Part shown: one piece after another, positions 36,129 to 48,578 of the stretch
Layout: each line of letters starts with the position of its first letter
How positions within the stretch are numbered: the first letter of the stretch is position 1
Notes under the pieces: generated by a model
What the model saw: the letters and a program-made list of their open reading frames with translations, nothing else
Told to the model about the DNA's origin: nothing
Databases searched by the model: none
Assembly (NCBI GenBank): GCA_002633005.1
Contig: NMRA01000688.1
Coordinates: 74,363 to 128,423 of the forward strand
Source of the DNA: Phoronis australis
Lineage: Eukaryota > Animalia > Phoronida
Length of the DNA: 54,061 bases
Direction: 5' to 3'
Made by a program: the position numbers and the translations under genes

Positions 36129-39100
36129 CTGAAACAACAACAGACACAAAATACAGTCTAACTTTGTTGACAATGCTAACAGCAATATGATGCAATATAC
36201 ATCCAAGTGCCAAGTTTAACTAATTTGTACGAGTCTACCGAACAACTTTCTAAAATACCTTGATGTACATTTTAATAATAAGGTCCAACTAATTTTTAAC
36301 ATTGGGTTTCACAAACACAGAAGACAAGTCTCCCCCGGTATTCTCAGTTCATATCTTGTTCAGGGAACCATCACAACATAACTTACAATGTCCACTAAAT
36401 AAACACCTCAACTTAAGTTTAGAAATTTGTGTTCTCTCATCCGTGTTTTCATTACTTTTGCTAATTATTTAAATCATGTTGCATACCAATAGAAGGCTCA
36501 GTCATTCCCCTTTCCAACAATACCATATTTTGTTAATAAATTTTTTACCTGCTCGAGGGCTTGGTCTCGAAGGGAATTTCCCCGATTTTGCCAAGCAGTG
36601 CCACCACCTGTGATGTGCTGGTGATTAACACTAGGGGGTACACACCAAATTTGTGAGACACTGATTGATAGCATGGTGCTCCTGCTGTTAGCAGGCTAAG
36701 TATGAATCGCAATTATGTAAAGTGTGTTTGGAGTGCCCAGTTTGTACCTTTCTTCCAATGTAAAAATGCCACATTTGTCTAATACAGAGGAGGCCTGAGT
36801 TCTTGGACAAATTGATGCTGGTGTTTTCAAGAGGTGTTGCCAAATTGTCATGGACCCAGCACTTGAATTGCTATTGAAAAGGCCCAATGCTCGAACTTGA
36901 ATACACCTTTAGCTCCAACTGAATTTGCAACATTCACTTTGAGACCGAGCCCTCTTTGACGGAATGTGGTATCGTTGGAAAGGGGAATGACTGGGCTTTT
37001 CATTGATATGCAATACAATTTAATTAAACCAAAAATAATAAAAACACGGGTGAGTGACCACAAATTTCCAAACTTTTGTAGAGGTGTTTACAACAAAGCA
37101 ATATTAATAATTAAACAGTGAAAGCAAAGCTTTCTGTTGAGTACTGGATATTAAAGCTAAGACACGATAAACAATTCTAGGTTAAAAATAGGCATTTGGC
37201 ACATTTTCTAGACTGCTCGTTGTAAACAAAATAGCAGAATCTATAAATAAGTTATAATTGAAACTAATACAAAGCCCAAATCCCAAAATCTATCCAAACG
37301 TTCACCAAGACATACATGAACTCCAGCTCAGGCTCACAATATTTCTTCATGAAATTGTTCCAGCAACATTACTACTGGGTACTTCAAGCCACGGCACTAA
37401 TTAAATTGAGTTGGAGTCTGACATCAAGCTCAAGTCTGGAGATTAAAGCTTCAGTCCTGGACATTTATACAAATTAAGACTCAATATAACAAGACCTTGA
37501 TAGAAGGTAACATCCTGGACAGTTACAGCACAAGACAAAAGTAATCCATAAAAGTGCCACTTCCTCACCATGATGGATACTTTTGATAACAGCAAAAATG
37601 ACTGGTAATGACTATTGATGCATCAAAATTCAACATGGAGAAGGGCTTAGCCAGCTTACTCACTTATTATTTTTATTATTATTTTTATTATTGTGATATT
37701 TAAAATGAGGGTGACCTCTTCAGTGATAGCACTGCTTTCCAAGAGGGCCCTCACTTTCATGTGAATTCTTCGTTCTTGGTCACAAGGAAACACTACACAA
37801 ACAATGAAATTGGCTTCCACACACCAGTCGTGATGAGAAAATCTTGGTCACTTTCTCCGAATACTTTTGGCGTGTACTGTATGAGCAGGTTTATATCAAA
37901 TGCATCAAGTTCTTCATATCCAACTTCATTGCTATGGAGGCACTTACAGTTCTAGCGTCTCAAACCATGTTTACCGGGTACCAGCCTCTAATTTGTAAGT
38001 TCTTATTTGCCAATGAACAAGCACCGGATTTTGTAGATGCACTCCAGGCAGCCAGAAGGCCAACAGAAAAATACATAAGATGGTAACATTTGACCCCTTA
38101 AAGGAAGACTGTGTGTGTTTTTAGAGACCCAACAATTTGCAACTTATGATAAAACAAGTTTAAAATGATTCAAAAAGTCTGCAATATGACCCATGGAAAA
38201 CTCACTTCCTAAGTCCAATCACAGAAACTCGCCTCATATTAACACTTAGAGTACTTACTCTGACAAATGTAAAATAAAAAACAAAGCAAGACATCTCATT
38301 AAAAAGCTTAGTTCTGAGGTTTGGATGTACACACGTCTGCATGTTCTTGAGAAAAGAGCAAAATTTGCGAATATGTATCCCTTTAAGAGCCCGATATTCT
38401 GTCACAACTACAAGTGGTCATTACGTTTGTGAAAAAACCCGCCAAGACTTACTGTTAAGATAATCAGAGAAGTCAATGGTCTCATCACTGCCAGTCAGAG
38501 TGTCTAGCATAACATGTGAGCTGGGTAGACCAGGGAGACGCTCCATCTGGAAAGGTAAGGGTTGAAAGTAAATTTGCATTCAGTTTGTCAACATATTACA
38601 CAATATGAGGGAGACGCTCCATCTGGAAAGGTAAGGGTTGAAAGTAAATTTGCATTCAGTTTGTCAACATATTACACAATATGAGGGAGACGCTCCATCT
38701 GGAAAGCTAAGGGTTGAAAGTGAATTTGCATTCAGTTTGTCAACATATTACACAATGTGAGGGAGAGTCAACTCCACCTTGATAGAAATAAGTTATTTTA
38801 CTACTGCTGCTTATTCCAAGACCTACATCATCATCCATTTCAAAGTTAAGCAGGACCTTACGGGGATATACCCAGGTTTCAAACCCTTGCTCTCCAGCTG
38901 GGCGAGTGAGTCAGAAAATCTACTCGCCCAGCCCGAAATTCAGTAACACATACATGTAGGCCCTAGCGCGCGCTTCTTGGCAACGTGCTCATTAACACTG
39001 GTCAAGTCTTGATTCGCGTGTACAAAGTAATCTGGATTCTTGTCGAGGGAGATTTGTACGGGAAAGATACAATACAATCCCGTTGACAAGTACGCTGAGT

Positions 39101-42100
39101 CTTTACAAGATCAGCAAAACTTTTGTGTTCTTTTTGAAGCACTGCGGAAGTTTGAAGTGTACAGCTACGGCAGAATACCGACATAGCGGCGATGCTCGTG
39201 GTCTAGAAATAACGTGCACAATGATTTTTCAGGACTGTCGGATATTATTAATAAATTGTAGAAATTAGCATAGAATTTTAGAACTGTGGTTAAGGCATTT
39301 TTCGCATATGTACACGTTCATGGACTGGGCGCTTACTTTAGCAAAGTCTGAAAATGAGGGGTGCGCTTAAAGGGGCATGGGCGCTTATTAGGACGAATGT
39401 AATAATTTTGGCTAAAATGACATTGTACATTACAACAAGAAATCAGATCCAAGAAATTTGGTAGTTCACTTGCTGTGATGAGCACATATACCGGTATTCC
39501 ACCTCCCCCCACTTTTCTTTGTTTCAAACTAGTCCACAAATTCCTTTGCGCACGACCGCACACTGTGATCTTTTGTCTAGACGAATAGCGTAACGGGTGA
39601 CATCTACTGAATCGGCAGCAATGCACTGCGCCGATGTTTTTTTACTGCCGAGCATAGACACGTTGACAAAACTGAACCTTAAATTCATGATAAAAACAGC
39701 ACAAGGAGGAGAAAATTAATTCATGCTCATCTGAGAAACGATATGGTGCCTTTGCGCTCTGAGAAAACGCTCGCCACCTGGGCGACTGGCAAGTCAACTC
39801 CTCGCCCAGCACCATTTTTACTCGCATTGGCGACTGGGCGAGTGGCTAAGTATATCCCTGCCTTAGAAAAATGTGGAAGTTCATATCTTATAAATGGTTG
39901 ATCAAATACTATGCATCATGCGCTGTTCTCGAAAATGCTTGCACATACAACTGATAGTTACCCTGATAATTTATATAAAAAAATTCTGGACAGTGATGAA
40001 CTCGTAATTACTTTAGGTAAGGCATTTTGCAGCATCTGTCAAGTGGGAGAAAAACGCCAAAAACTGTCTTAAGTCTAACCCAGGAACTCCTTTCTTGAGA
40101 CATCTCTTTATACTAAAGTGAGGAACATTATCAAAACTAAAATTGACAATGGGATCTAGTGCTAGTGCTTCAAAAATGCAATCCTGGTAGATGTTCAGAT
40201 AGTCAGAAAGAAAACTAAAATAACCACTATGCATCAATATAGCAGTCACAATTCATCCAATAATGAGTGTCGGTTACACTCACCACAATAGAAACTCATT
40301 TGCCATGATGGTTCTTCAAGAAGTTTGTCAAAAAGGGTGGCGCATTCCAAAAGCGATTTCAAAATTAATAAAATTGTTTCCAGGGGCACAGCATAAGTCA
40401 CAAATGGGCAAGCGCTTAATCAAATTTGGAAAAATATTGAAGCAAATGAAAAAAAACGCCGCAAGAGGGCACAGCAACTGTAAAAACTGTCCAACAAAAA
40501 TCAGCAGCAGTCACGTTTCTGCCAACACAAAAAATCAATGTTTCTTCAAACTGTTTGGCTGATAGTAAGACGGATGCCAAAAACAAGACACCAAAGTACC
40601 AAAATTGTCACTACGGAGTGTATCCAAGTCTCAATCAGCATTAGAGTCTGGTAAACAACTCAAAATTGAGGCCACTTCATTTTTTGTACCATACTAAGCT
40701 ACGACCTGATTTGTATGTGTATTGTATTTTACCACTTAAAATTAACTCATATTTCTCTCATTTTCTGTAATTTATCAGACAAATATATTTAGTAGCTAGT
40801 TTTCAGCTGTACACTAGACTAAGCTAATGAAGTGCAGAATACTTGGTAGTCCCAGAGGGTGAGGCAAAAAGGTAAAATTGTCAGCAGTTGTCATATCCAT
40901 CCAGAAGTCAACTTTGGGCAGGCTCTTGTCAACAACAGCCCAGAACAATTCCCTAATGATTGTTAAAAAAACTAACCCTGTGCAGACTCAAGCAGTAATG
41001 ACCAATAAGATGGAGGTTTTGCCTTACATCGACTTCTCACAGGAAATTAGCTGGACTTGCTAACAACAGACATTTACTAGATTCAGGGAGAAGAACCAGC
41101 TATGAACATCTCATGCCACGCCTTTGTTCAATTTAATACAACTTTACCATGTTTGCATGTTTCCTCATAACCATGTAAAAGGCGACTCACCCTTTTGGCA
41201 ATATTTCTTTCCATGTGAAGTCGCAGAGGAGCGTGACTTCCCTGCATATTTTTCAACATCGTCATGTTCATCTTATCTTGATGTGCAGTCCACTGGAAAA
41301 GCAAAAAACTGTTTTAGAAAAAAAGAAAAACAGTTCTCACCAAAACAAATAACGAAGGGAGCAAAGTTAAAAACAAGTCAACCAAAGAGGAGTTATAAAA
41401 AGTTCATCTTTGAGTGTCTAAAATTTAAGTTTAGACAACAGTTGAGAAATAAGGCCCAAGTTAATAGAGGAGATCTAAACAGTGCACATCTACCTGCTGC
41501 TCAGAGTACTCCAGTGGGTGTCTTGATGACAGATCATTCTTCACACTACTAAATCTGGAACAGAAAGTGTTGTATTTAAAACAGTCAACATGTCCAACTC
41601 CCACTTGAAATAGTCTCCATTGTTTATATAATCACTGCTTACAACATTTGACCAATGAAGAATCAGACCACTTGGAGTATCAACTGCACAGCTGTAGACA
41701 TAGGGTGGCATATCAACTGCACAGCTACATCAACTTGTTGAACAATAACACGAGATGTCGCATACACACAGGATTATGGAATATGACCATCCAAGGCAGT
41801 ACAACCAGTAGATGTAGACATAGGGTGGCATTTTAACTAACAACTTGATGTGACCATCCACGGCAGTACAACCAGTAGATGTAGACATAGGGTGGCATTT
41901 TAACTAATAACTTGATAGCACTTATCCACTATCAACTGCTTGCTTACTAAGCAGATGATCACCTTCGCAACAATTCCTTGAATGACGATTAAATGACTCA
42001 TATCCAACAATTCTATACACAGGGATGCGCACATTAAATATATATTAAACACAGATAATACTGACAAGCCACTGGAACTGAACATCGTTGACATGTTAGA

Positions 42101-45100
42101 TTCTACAAAGAAGCCACTGTAAAGACCCTTATTTTACATTTTCAAAAACAGAGATATCTTTTTCCAGCAAACACAACATTTCGTTTTTTTCCAGTTTGCA
42201 AATAAGCAATAGCAATTCTGTTTTAAAAGTATTTCAAAGTGATAAACAACATAAAAATAACATAGAAATTTGCACTAATTTTTTCCACTGAATTGTGTAG
42301 CAGTTCTATTTTACCAATAAGTTGATCGCTGCTCAAAACCAAAATGAGAGCAGCATCATCTTCACAAGCAATGAACTACTTTAGAAAGTATAATGTAAAA
42401 GATTGTCAATCGAGTGGTTTGGCAGAAAGACAGATGGATGCCAAAAACAGAATAAAACATCATAAAAAATGCCCCACTAGGAGGTATACACTATGTCATA
42501 TCAATCGGAAAATAAAAAGGCATCATCACCCCCATAATTACAAATCAATTTCATAACAATCCGTCAAAGAACTCCCAAGATACAGAGGAAAACGGAAAAA
42601 ATAAAATTGCCAATAAGGGGCAAAGCATTGGATCTGTCCAAACGTCGTCATCCGTTGTCACCTTCATACAAATTCACTTGCCAAATTTAACAGACATCCT
42701 GCAGTGGGTTCAGTAGATAGAGCCATGAATGCAAAAAATGATACTAGCCAGAGCCACTGTAGCCAGAGCCATATGAAAGTTGTCGTCAGTCGTCCTCCTC
42801 GCAGTAGGAACATATATGTCAATTTTCATAGTCATCCTTACAGTGGTTTCACCGACAGAGGGGCAGGTGGCAAAAATCAGACTTGAAAACAGAAAATGGC
42901 CACTAGGTAACGTAAAATACGTCAAATCCGTTTGAAAATGTGAAGATGACATCTCTCTCTGTTGTTTGCCAGTCTGGTACATTCTGTCATAGTTGATCTT
43001 GTCCATGTCTTGATGTCATCCCTCTACAGTAATCGTTACAACAAAGACACAGAAATGTAAAAACTACAATTGCCACTAGGTGGCACAGTGGTAGTCAGAT
43101 TTATTTGAAAACTCGCTTATGTTGTCCCATCCATGAAAGGAACATATCTGCAAAATTTCAAGAGGTTTTGGAGATACAGCAGCCGATGCAGGACGAACAG
43201 CAATGACGTCATAATGCACCCACAATATAAATGTGGGCGCATAAAAACAAACACACCAGAATTTCAAAATCCACAACCAAATAACATGCGAGTTCCCTTA
43301 GAAACCATCAATTCTGTTAAAAAAATCCAATTCTTAATTCCATTACCACGGGAAAAACATACCCTTGGTACATTAAGTCAGGCACTCCATGTGGTCCTTC
43401 TTTGGGAGTAATGGTCTGACCCTCTGATGGGTGGGGCCGTAGTGCTGGATATCCGAAACTCTGAAAAATCCAAATATTAGCATACTTTGGTAACAGTCAT
43501 TCCTTCAAAGCTGTAATGATGAGAAAAGTGAGAATCTGGTAGGGTGCATTGCATACGATATTACGTTGGTTGGCAAAATAAAACATTGTGAATGGAGTTT
43601 AATCCATTAAGCAAGTGTCTAATCGTAGATAATGACAAAAATGCAATACATAAATTCAAGTGTTGACTCTTGGACTTTGACATATGTTTGTGTATTGTTA
43701 AGGACAGAACTGAAATGATAAAAGCACACAAAAAAACACAGTGTGCATATTAGGATCAAATAACCATGTGTGCTAACAACTTGTACATATGTGTTTGTAA
43801 TGGAGTTAGCAAGAGCACAGTGGTGTCTAAACAGCATCTAGTCATGTGGCACTAGTCACACTTACTGCACTAATTTCTGACCGAGGCAATTCCTTAAAGT
43901 CTTTTAAGCACTTAAAAAGGCGAGTCCAGTACATTTATTTCCATTCTGACAATTATTAATAATAGGAAGCACTGTACAGTAAGGGCTGTTCCAGTAAAAT
44001 CCGTGTGGGAGGGGGGGGACGGCAGTAGAAATAAAAATTCATGGGTGGTGGTCTTCAGAAAAAAACTCAAATTATGGGTGGTCGTTCCTGTAAGAAGTGA
44101 TGCATTAAAAATGGGTGGTATTTTTTGATCTGTTAACGTTGACAGGTTGGTTAATTCAGCCAACACATCTCCAAAGAAATCAAAACTCAAAAAATACGAT
44201 TGGCATATATCCCAACTTATCCCAATACAAAAAAGCCCATATTGCCAGTGAACAGAGTGCAATATGTTCACTAAGCCATTAATCAAGTCATGGGCAACTT
44301 GATTTGAGCCAAGGGCTTGTCTGCAGTCCTATTGAANNNNNNNNNNNNNNNNNNNNNNNNNNNNNNNNNNNNNNNNNNNNNNNNNNNNNNNNNNNNNNNN
44401 NNNNNNNNNNNNNNNNNNNNNNNNNNNNNNNNNNNNNNNNNNNNNNNNNNNNNNNNNNNNNNNNNNNNNNNNNNNNNNNNNNNNNNNNNNNNNNNNNNNN
44501 NNNNNNNNNNNNNNNNNNNNNGTGCTAACAACTTGTACATATGTGTTTGTAATGGAGTTAGCAAGAGCACAGTGGCGGCTAAACAGCCGTGTGCTAACAA
44601 CTTGTACATATGTGTTTGTAATGGAGTTAGCAAGAGCACAGTGGCGGCTAAACAGCCGTGTGCTAACAACTTGTACATATGTGTTTGTAATGGAGTTAGC
44701 AAGAGCACAGTGGTGGCTAAACAGCATCTAGTCATGTGGCACTAGCCACACTTACTGCACACTAATTTCTGACCAACGCAATTCCTTGAAGTCCTTTAAG
44801 CACTTAAAAAGGCAAGTGCAATACATTTATTTCCATTCTGACAATTATTAATAATAGGAAGCACTGTACAGTAAGTGTACCCACGAATTGCAACAAACTA
44901 TGAAAATGATTTTAATAATTCTGAATTGCAGTTTTACAAGACCAACAAAGACGTAAAAATACATTTGTGATCTCTTAAGTGCCACTACTATGTTTGACCT
45001 GACAGCTCTAACGTTTGTTTATATATCTTTCATACCCCGTTCACAAACTGGCCACTAGCAATTTTGCTGGTGCAGCAAAATGCTTGGAACACACTGCATC

Positions 45101-48100
45101 ACTTTTCCTGGTGCTTTGATGGAGGTTGAGATACAACAACACTTTGGTAGTCAGTGCACTTACTTCAAAGGACAAACATTCCCACCAGAATGCAGCCTTT
45201 GTTTTTTGTCATATTAACTAGTTTGTGACAGAGAATGAATGTATTTTGACATCAATTTTCGCTTTAGAGCAATTCAGACTGTCAGGAAACAAACAGCTAG
45301 TGAAAATTACCCATAGGCGGACAGCTTGTCTAACTGGCGAAAACACAAGCATTATAGCCAGTCAAACTGCTAGTATTTGTGCCACTCATGTGAACCTAAT
45401 ATTTAACATTCAAACTTGCCAGCTAGCAAGCTGCATATTACTATTATGTCTAAACGCAGCTAAAGAACCATGTGGGTAAAATTTGGCAATTTAAGTGAAA
45501 CTCGCTTTTTCAACTATATTTGCGGGCCTATCGCAATGAAAGTTTCATCGAAATGGAGCGTGTCCACCCGAGGATACCCTTTAGCAGCTTATTCAAATGA
45601 AACCTCGTCCATTAGGGTCATTTGAAGAAACACAATCACTTTCTGACATCACTCTCCCAGTTTTGCAACAAAGAAAAGTCAAATATCAACTTCAAAACAG
45701 TGCTCTCGACAAGCATGTGCCATTTATTTTTGGTTCAGTAAAGTGATACCTTTGGGAGATGACAATGTTTATATCAAAATTTACTGAAGTATTGTGGTTC
45801 ACTGATAATGACAGGCCTGTGACCTCACAACTTATAATTGGTGACTTGATAAAAAATTCCAAGTCATGTCACAGTGGCCACGCACACATCCGCACATAAT
45901 CTCAAAACTATGAAAATTCAAAAGAAAACGATGTCAGAGTCATTCGGAAAAATCAGAATTGAAAGGATCGCTGCTGGCTCAATGACAATGAAGCTTCGTA
46001 GCACTACTGTAAAGTTGATCACAGTCCAGAATTTGTTTAGGCTGAAAGACTACAACAGCCTCCAAAAATGGCCATCCAGGATTAAGTGCAATATGCAGTT
46101 GATTTTCCGGTGTACTGGTTTGTACCGTCACTTCACCGAGTCGGTACAGACTACAGACAAGCAAGGTCAGTGTTAGGCAATGACCATCGCCTCTGTTGGC
46201 CCGAACCAGAGGCGATGCAGACCCTATAGGCGCTCTGTACGCCCGAAGCTTTTCGGCGAATTATGCCTCGCACCGACTAAACCATCAAAGTCACATTGTT
46301 ATAAATACCTTTTGCGCATAGAGGAACACCTTAGGAGGTTGTCGATGTGTTTAATTCCTTCCAACTCGAACAAATACTCCCGTTATGAAACTTTTTCTTC
46401 NNNNNNNNNNNNNNNNNNNNNNNNNNNNNNNNNNNNNNNNNNNNNNNNNNNNNNNNNNNNNNNNNNNNNNNNNNNNNNNNNNNNNNNNNNNNNNNNNNNN
46501 NNNNNNNNNNNNNNNNNNNNNNNNNNNNNNNNNNNNNNNNNNNNNNNNNNNNNNNNNNNNNNNNNNNNNNNNNNNNNNNNNNNNNNNNNNNNNNNNNNNN
46601 NNNNNNNNNNNNNNNNNNNNNNNNNNNNNNNNNNNNNNNNNNNNNNNNNNNNNNNNNNNNNNNNNNNNNNNNNNNNNNNNNNNNNNNNNNNNNNNNNNNN
46701 NNNNNNNNNNNNNNNNNNNNNNNNNNNNNNNNNNNNNNNNNNNNNNNNNNNNNNNNNNNNNNNNNNNNNNNNNNNNNNNNNNNNNNNNNNNNNNNNNNNN
46801 NNNNNNNNNNNNNNNNNNNNNNNNNNNNNNNNNNNNNNNNNNNNNNNNNNNNNGACAATATTGGACAAGACAACTAGTTCTTGTCTGTCAATCATCTAAG
46901 TTCTTAACAGGTCCTCCTGGAGGCAATTTGTTTGCAAGTGTTGGATTTTATATTTTAACCTATTAAAAATAATTAAAAAATTATGGGTCATGGGTTGCAG
47001 AAATAAATGAAAATTATGGGCGGTGGGTACGAAATGAAAGTGCCTTCCCCCCCCCTCCCATACAGATTTTGCTGGAACAGCCCTAAGTGTACCCACGAAT
47101 TGCAACAAACTATGAAAATGATTTTAATAATTCTGAATTGCACAGTTTTACAAGACCAACAAAGATGTACATTTGTGATCTCTTAAGTGCCACTACTATG
47201 TTTGACCTGACAGCTCTAACGTTCGTTTATATATCTTCCATACCCCGTTCACAAACTGGCCACTAGCAATTTTGCTGGTGCAGCAAAATGCTTGGAACAC
47301 ACTGCATCACTTTTCCTGGTGCTTTGATGGAGGTTGAGATACAACAACACTTTGGTAGTCAGCGCATTTATTTCAAAGGACAAATATTCCCACCGGAATG
47401 CAGCCTTTGTTTTTTGTCATATTAACTAGTTTGTGACTGAGAATGAATGTATTTTGACATCAATTTTCGCTTTAGAGCAATTCAGACTGTCAGGAAACAA
47501 ACAGCTAGTGAAAATTACCCATAGGCGGACAGCTTGTCTAACTGGCTAAAACACAAGCATTATAGCCAGTCAAACCGCTAGTATTTGTGCCACTCATGTG
47601 AACCTAATATTTGACATTCAAACTTGCCAGCTAGCAAGCTGCATATTACTATTACGTCTAAACGCAGCTAAAGAACCATGTGGGTAAAATTTGGCAATTT
47701 AAGTGAAACTCGCTTTTTCAACTATATTTGCGGGCCTATCGCAATGAAAGTTTCATCGAAATGGAGCGTGTCCAACCGTGGATACCCTTTAGCAGCTTAT
47801 TCATATGAAACCTCGTCCATTAGGGTCATTTCAAGAAACACAATCACTTTCTGACATCACTCTCCCAGTTTTGCAACAAAGAAAAGTCAGATATCAACTT
47901 CAAAACAGTGCTCTCGACAAGCATGTGCCATTTATTTTTGGTTCAGTAAAGTGATACCTTTGGGAGATGACAATGTTAGCAAAATTTACTGAAGTATTGT
48001 GGTTCACTGGTAATGACAGGCCTGTGACCTCACAACTTATAATTGGTGACCTGATAAAAATTCCAAGTCATGTCGCAGTGGCCACGCACACCTTCGCACA

Positions 48101-48578
48101 TACTCTCAAAACTATGAAAATTCAAAAGAAAACGATGTCAGAGTCATTCGCTGCTGGCTCAATGACAATGAAGCTTCGTAGCACTACTGCAAAATTGATC
48201 ACAGTCCAGAATTTGTTTAGGCTGAAAGACTACAACAGCCTCCAAAAATGGCCATCCAGGATTAAGTGCAATATGCAGTTGATTTCCCGGTGTACTGGTT
48301 TGTACCGTCACCTCACCGAGTCGGTAGGCCTACAGACTACAGACAAGCAAGGTCAGTGTCAGTGACGACAGACAGTGACGTGCACTTTTCGACAAAACGC
48401 CAGTATAATTCCACTCATACAGCGAGAATCACTCAAGTCAGTTCTTTTCTTTCGACACATAATGTAGTCCTGTAAATCCTAAATTCCTACAAAGCGGTGG
48501 CAACTATATCTTCCGGATTTGTATATCACAGGTACGAATGAGGGAACACAAAAGCCAGCAATCCAAGCAACTCACCAT
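36061..48578 (-). CDS. POMP: Proteasome maturation protein POMP/UMP1, complete 6-exon CDS (141 aa)
   Basis: join(48576-48578,43363-43460,41494-41554,41191-41292,38453-38546,36061-36128) = 3+98+61+102+94+68 = 426 nt. All introns are GT-AG and in phase. Protein: MSFGYPALRPHPSEGQTITPKEGPHGVPDLMYQGFSSVKNDLSSRHPLEYSEQQWTAHQDKMNMTMLKNMQGSHAPLRLHMERNIAKRMERLPGLPSSHVMLDTLTGSDETIDFSDYLNSPEESEIMGQPHAIYEKRQGLL, with the UMP1 motifs HPLE and GxHAPLRL. Confidence 0.93.
36400..37090. mobile_element. MITE with ~130-bp inverted arms in POMP intron 5
   Basis: taaacacctc...aaatttgtg...agtcattcccctttccaac is inverted to gttggaaaggggaatgact...cacaaattt...gaggtgttta. Confidence 0.75.
37664..37757 (-). mobile_element. 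LINE/SINE 3'-end remnant (stem-loop plus A-rich tail)
   Basis: The minus strand has a gagggccctctt...aagaggtcaccctc hairpin followed by aataataaaaataataaaaataataa. Confidence 0.5.
38453..38546 (-). CDS. POMP: POMP exon 5
   Basis: cctttcCAG|ATGGAG...cttaaca|GTAAGT, encoding MERLPGLPSSHVMLDTLTGSDETIDFSDYLN. Confidence 0.93.
38532..38766. repeat. 76-bp tandem triplication spanning the POMP intron 4/exon 5 boundary
   Basis: Units start at 38532, 38608 and 38684, with a 7-bp partial copy at 38760. The copies are near-identical. Confidence 0.95.
38861..39860. mobile_element. Non-autonomous hAT-like element with a 5-bp TSD, containing a pogo-like MITE fragment
   Basis: CCTTA|CGGGGATATAC ... GTATATCCCTG|CCTTA, with subterminal tgggcgag/ctcgccca motifs. 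39130-39398 matches the end of the 19081-20493 MITE. Confidence 0.7.
41191..41292 (-). CDS. POMP: POMP exon 4
   Basis: gcttttcCAG|TGG...AGG|GTGAGT, encoding WTAHQDKMNMTMLKNMQGSHAPLRLHMERNIAKR. Confidence 0.94.
41494..41554 (-). CDS. POMP: POMP exon 3
   Basis: tttctgttcCAG|A TTT...CAG|GTAGAT, encoding FSSVKNDLSSRHPLEYSEQQ. Confidence 0.93.
41783..41907. repeat. Short tandem duplication (~68 bp) in POMP intron 2
   Basis: tgaccatcca(a/c)ggcagtacaaccagtagatgtagacatagggtggcattttaactaa occurs twice, with a partial copy at ~41694. Confidence 0.8.
42410..43248 (-). mobile_element. Helentron/HINE-like repeat, inverted copy
   Basis: The reverse complement begins ttttatgcgcccacatttatattgtgggtgcattatg, the same terminus as the 5694 copy, followed by the same monomers. 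Confidence 0.75.
43363..43460 (-). CDS. POMP: POMP exon 2
   Basis: gatttttCAG|AGT...CAAGG|GTATGT, encoding SFGYPALRPHPSEGQTITPKEGPHGVPDLMYQ(G). Confidence 0.9.
44522..44727. repeat. 69-bp minisatellite, at least 3 copies, abutting a gap
   Basis: gtgctaacaacttgtacatatgtgtttgtaatggagttagcaagagcacagtggcggctaaacagccgt in tandem. There is a single copy at ~43770. Confidence 0.9.
44660..46172. repeat. Near-identical duplicate of 43770-43982 plus 47087-48359 (probable alternative haplotype)
   Basis: Collinear, with scattered substitutions and small indels. The block sits between two N-gaps. Confidence 0.85.
48576..48578 (-). CDS. POMP: POMP exon 1 coding part (ATG only)
   Basis: The minus strand reads ccaatATG|GTGAGTtg. 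It supplies the Met missing from phase-0 exon 2. Confidence 0.8.

Larger units (their letters stand above)
43983..47083. mobile_element. PIF/Harbinger-type element with TAA TSD; interior broken by gaps and a misplaced alternative-haplotype contig
   Basis: TAA|GGGCTGTTCCAGtaaaatc ... gattttgCTGGAACAGCCC|TAA. The empty site cagTAAgtgtacc is present at 44869-44881. Confidence 0.85.

Noticed and set aside
44283-46966. Long ORFs of 130-240 aa in the ORF track
   Set aside because: They are read-through of N-gaps and of the 69-bp minisatellite.
45874-48365. Paired similar ORFs (45874-46176 and 47967-48365) suggesting a small gene family
   Set aside because: They lie in duplicated POMP intron-1 sequence, differ by indels, and have no recognisable domain.
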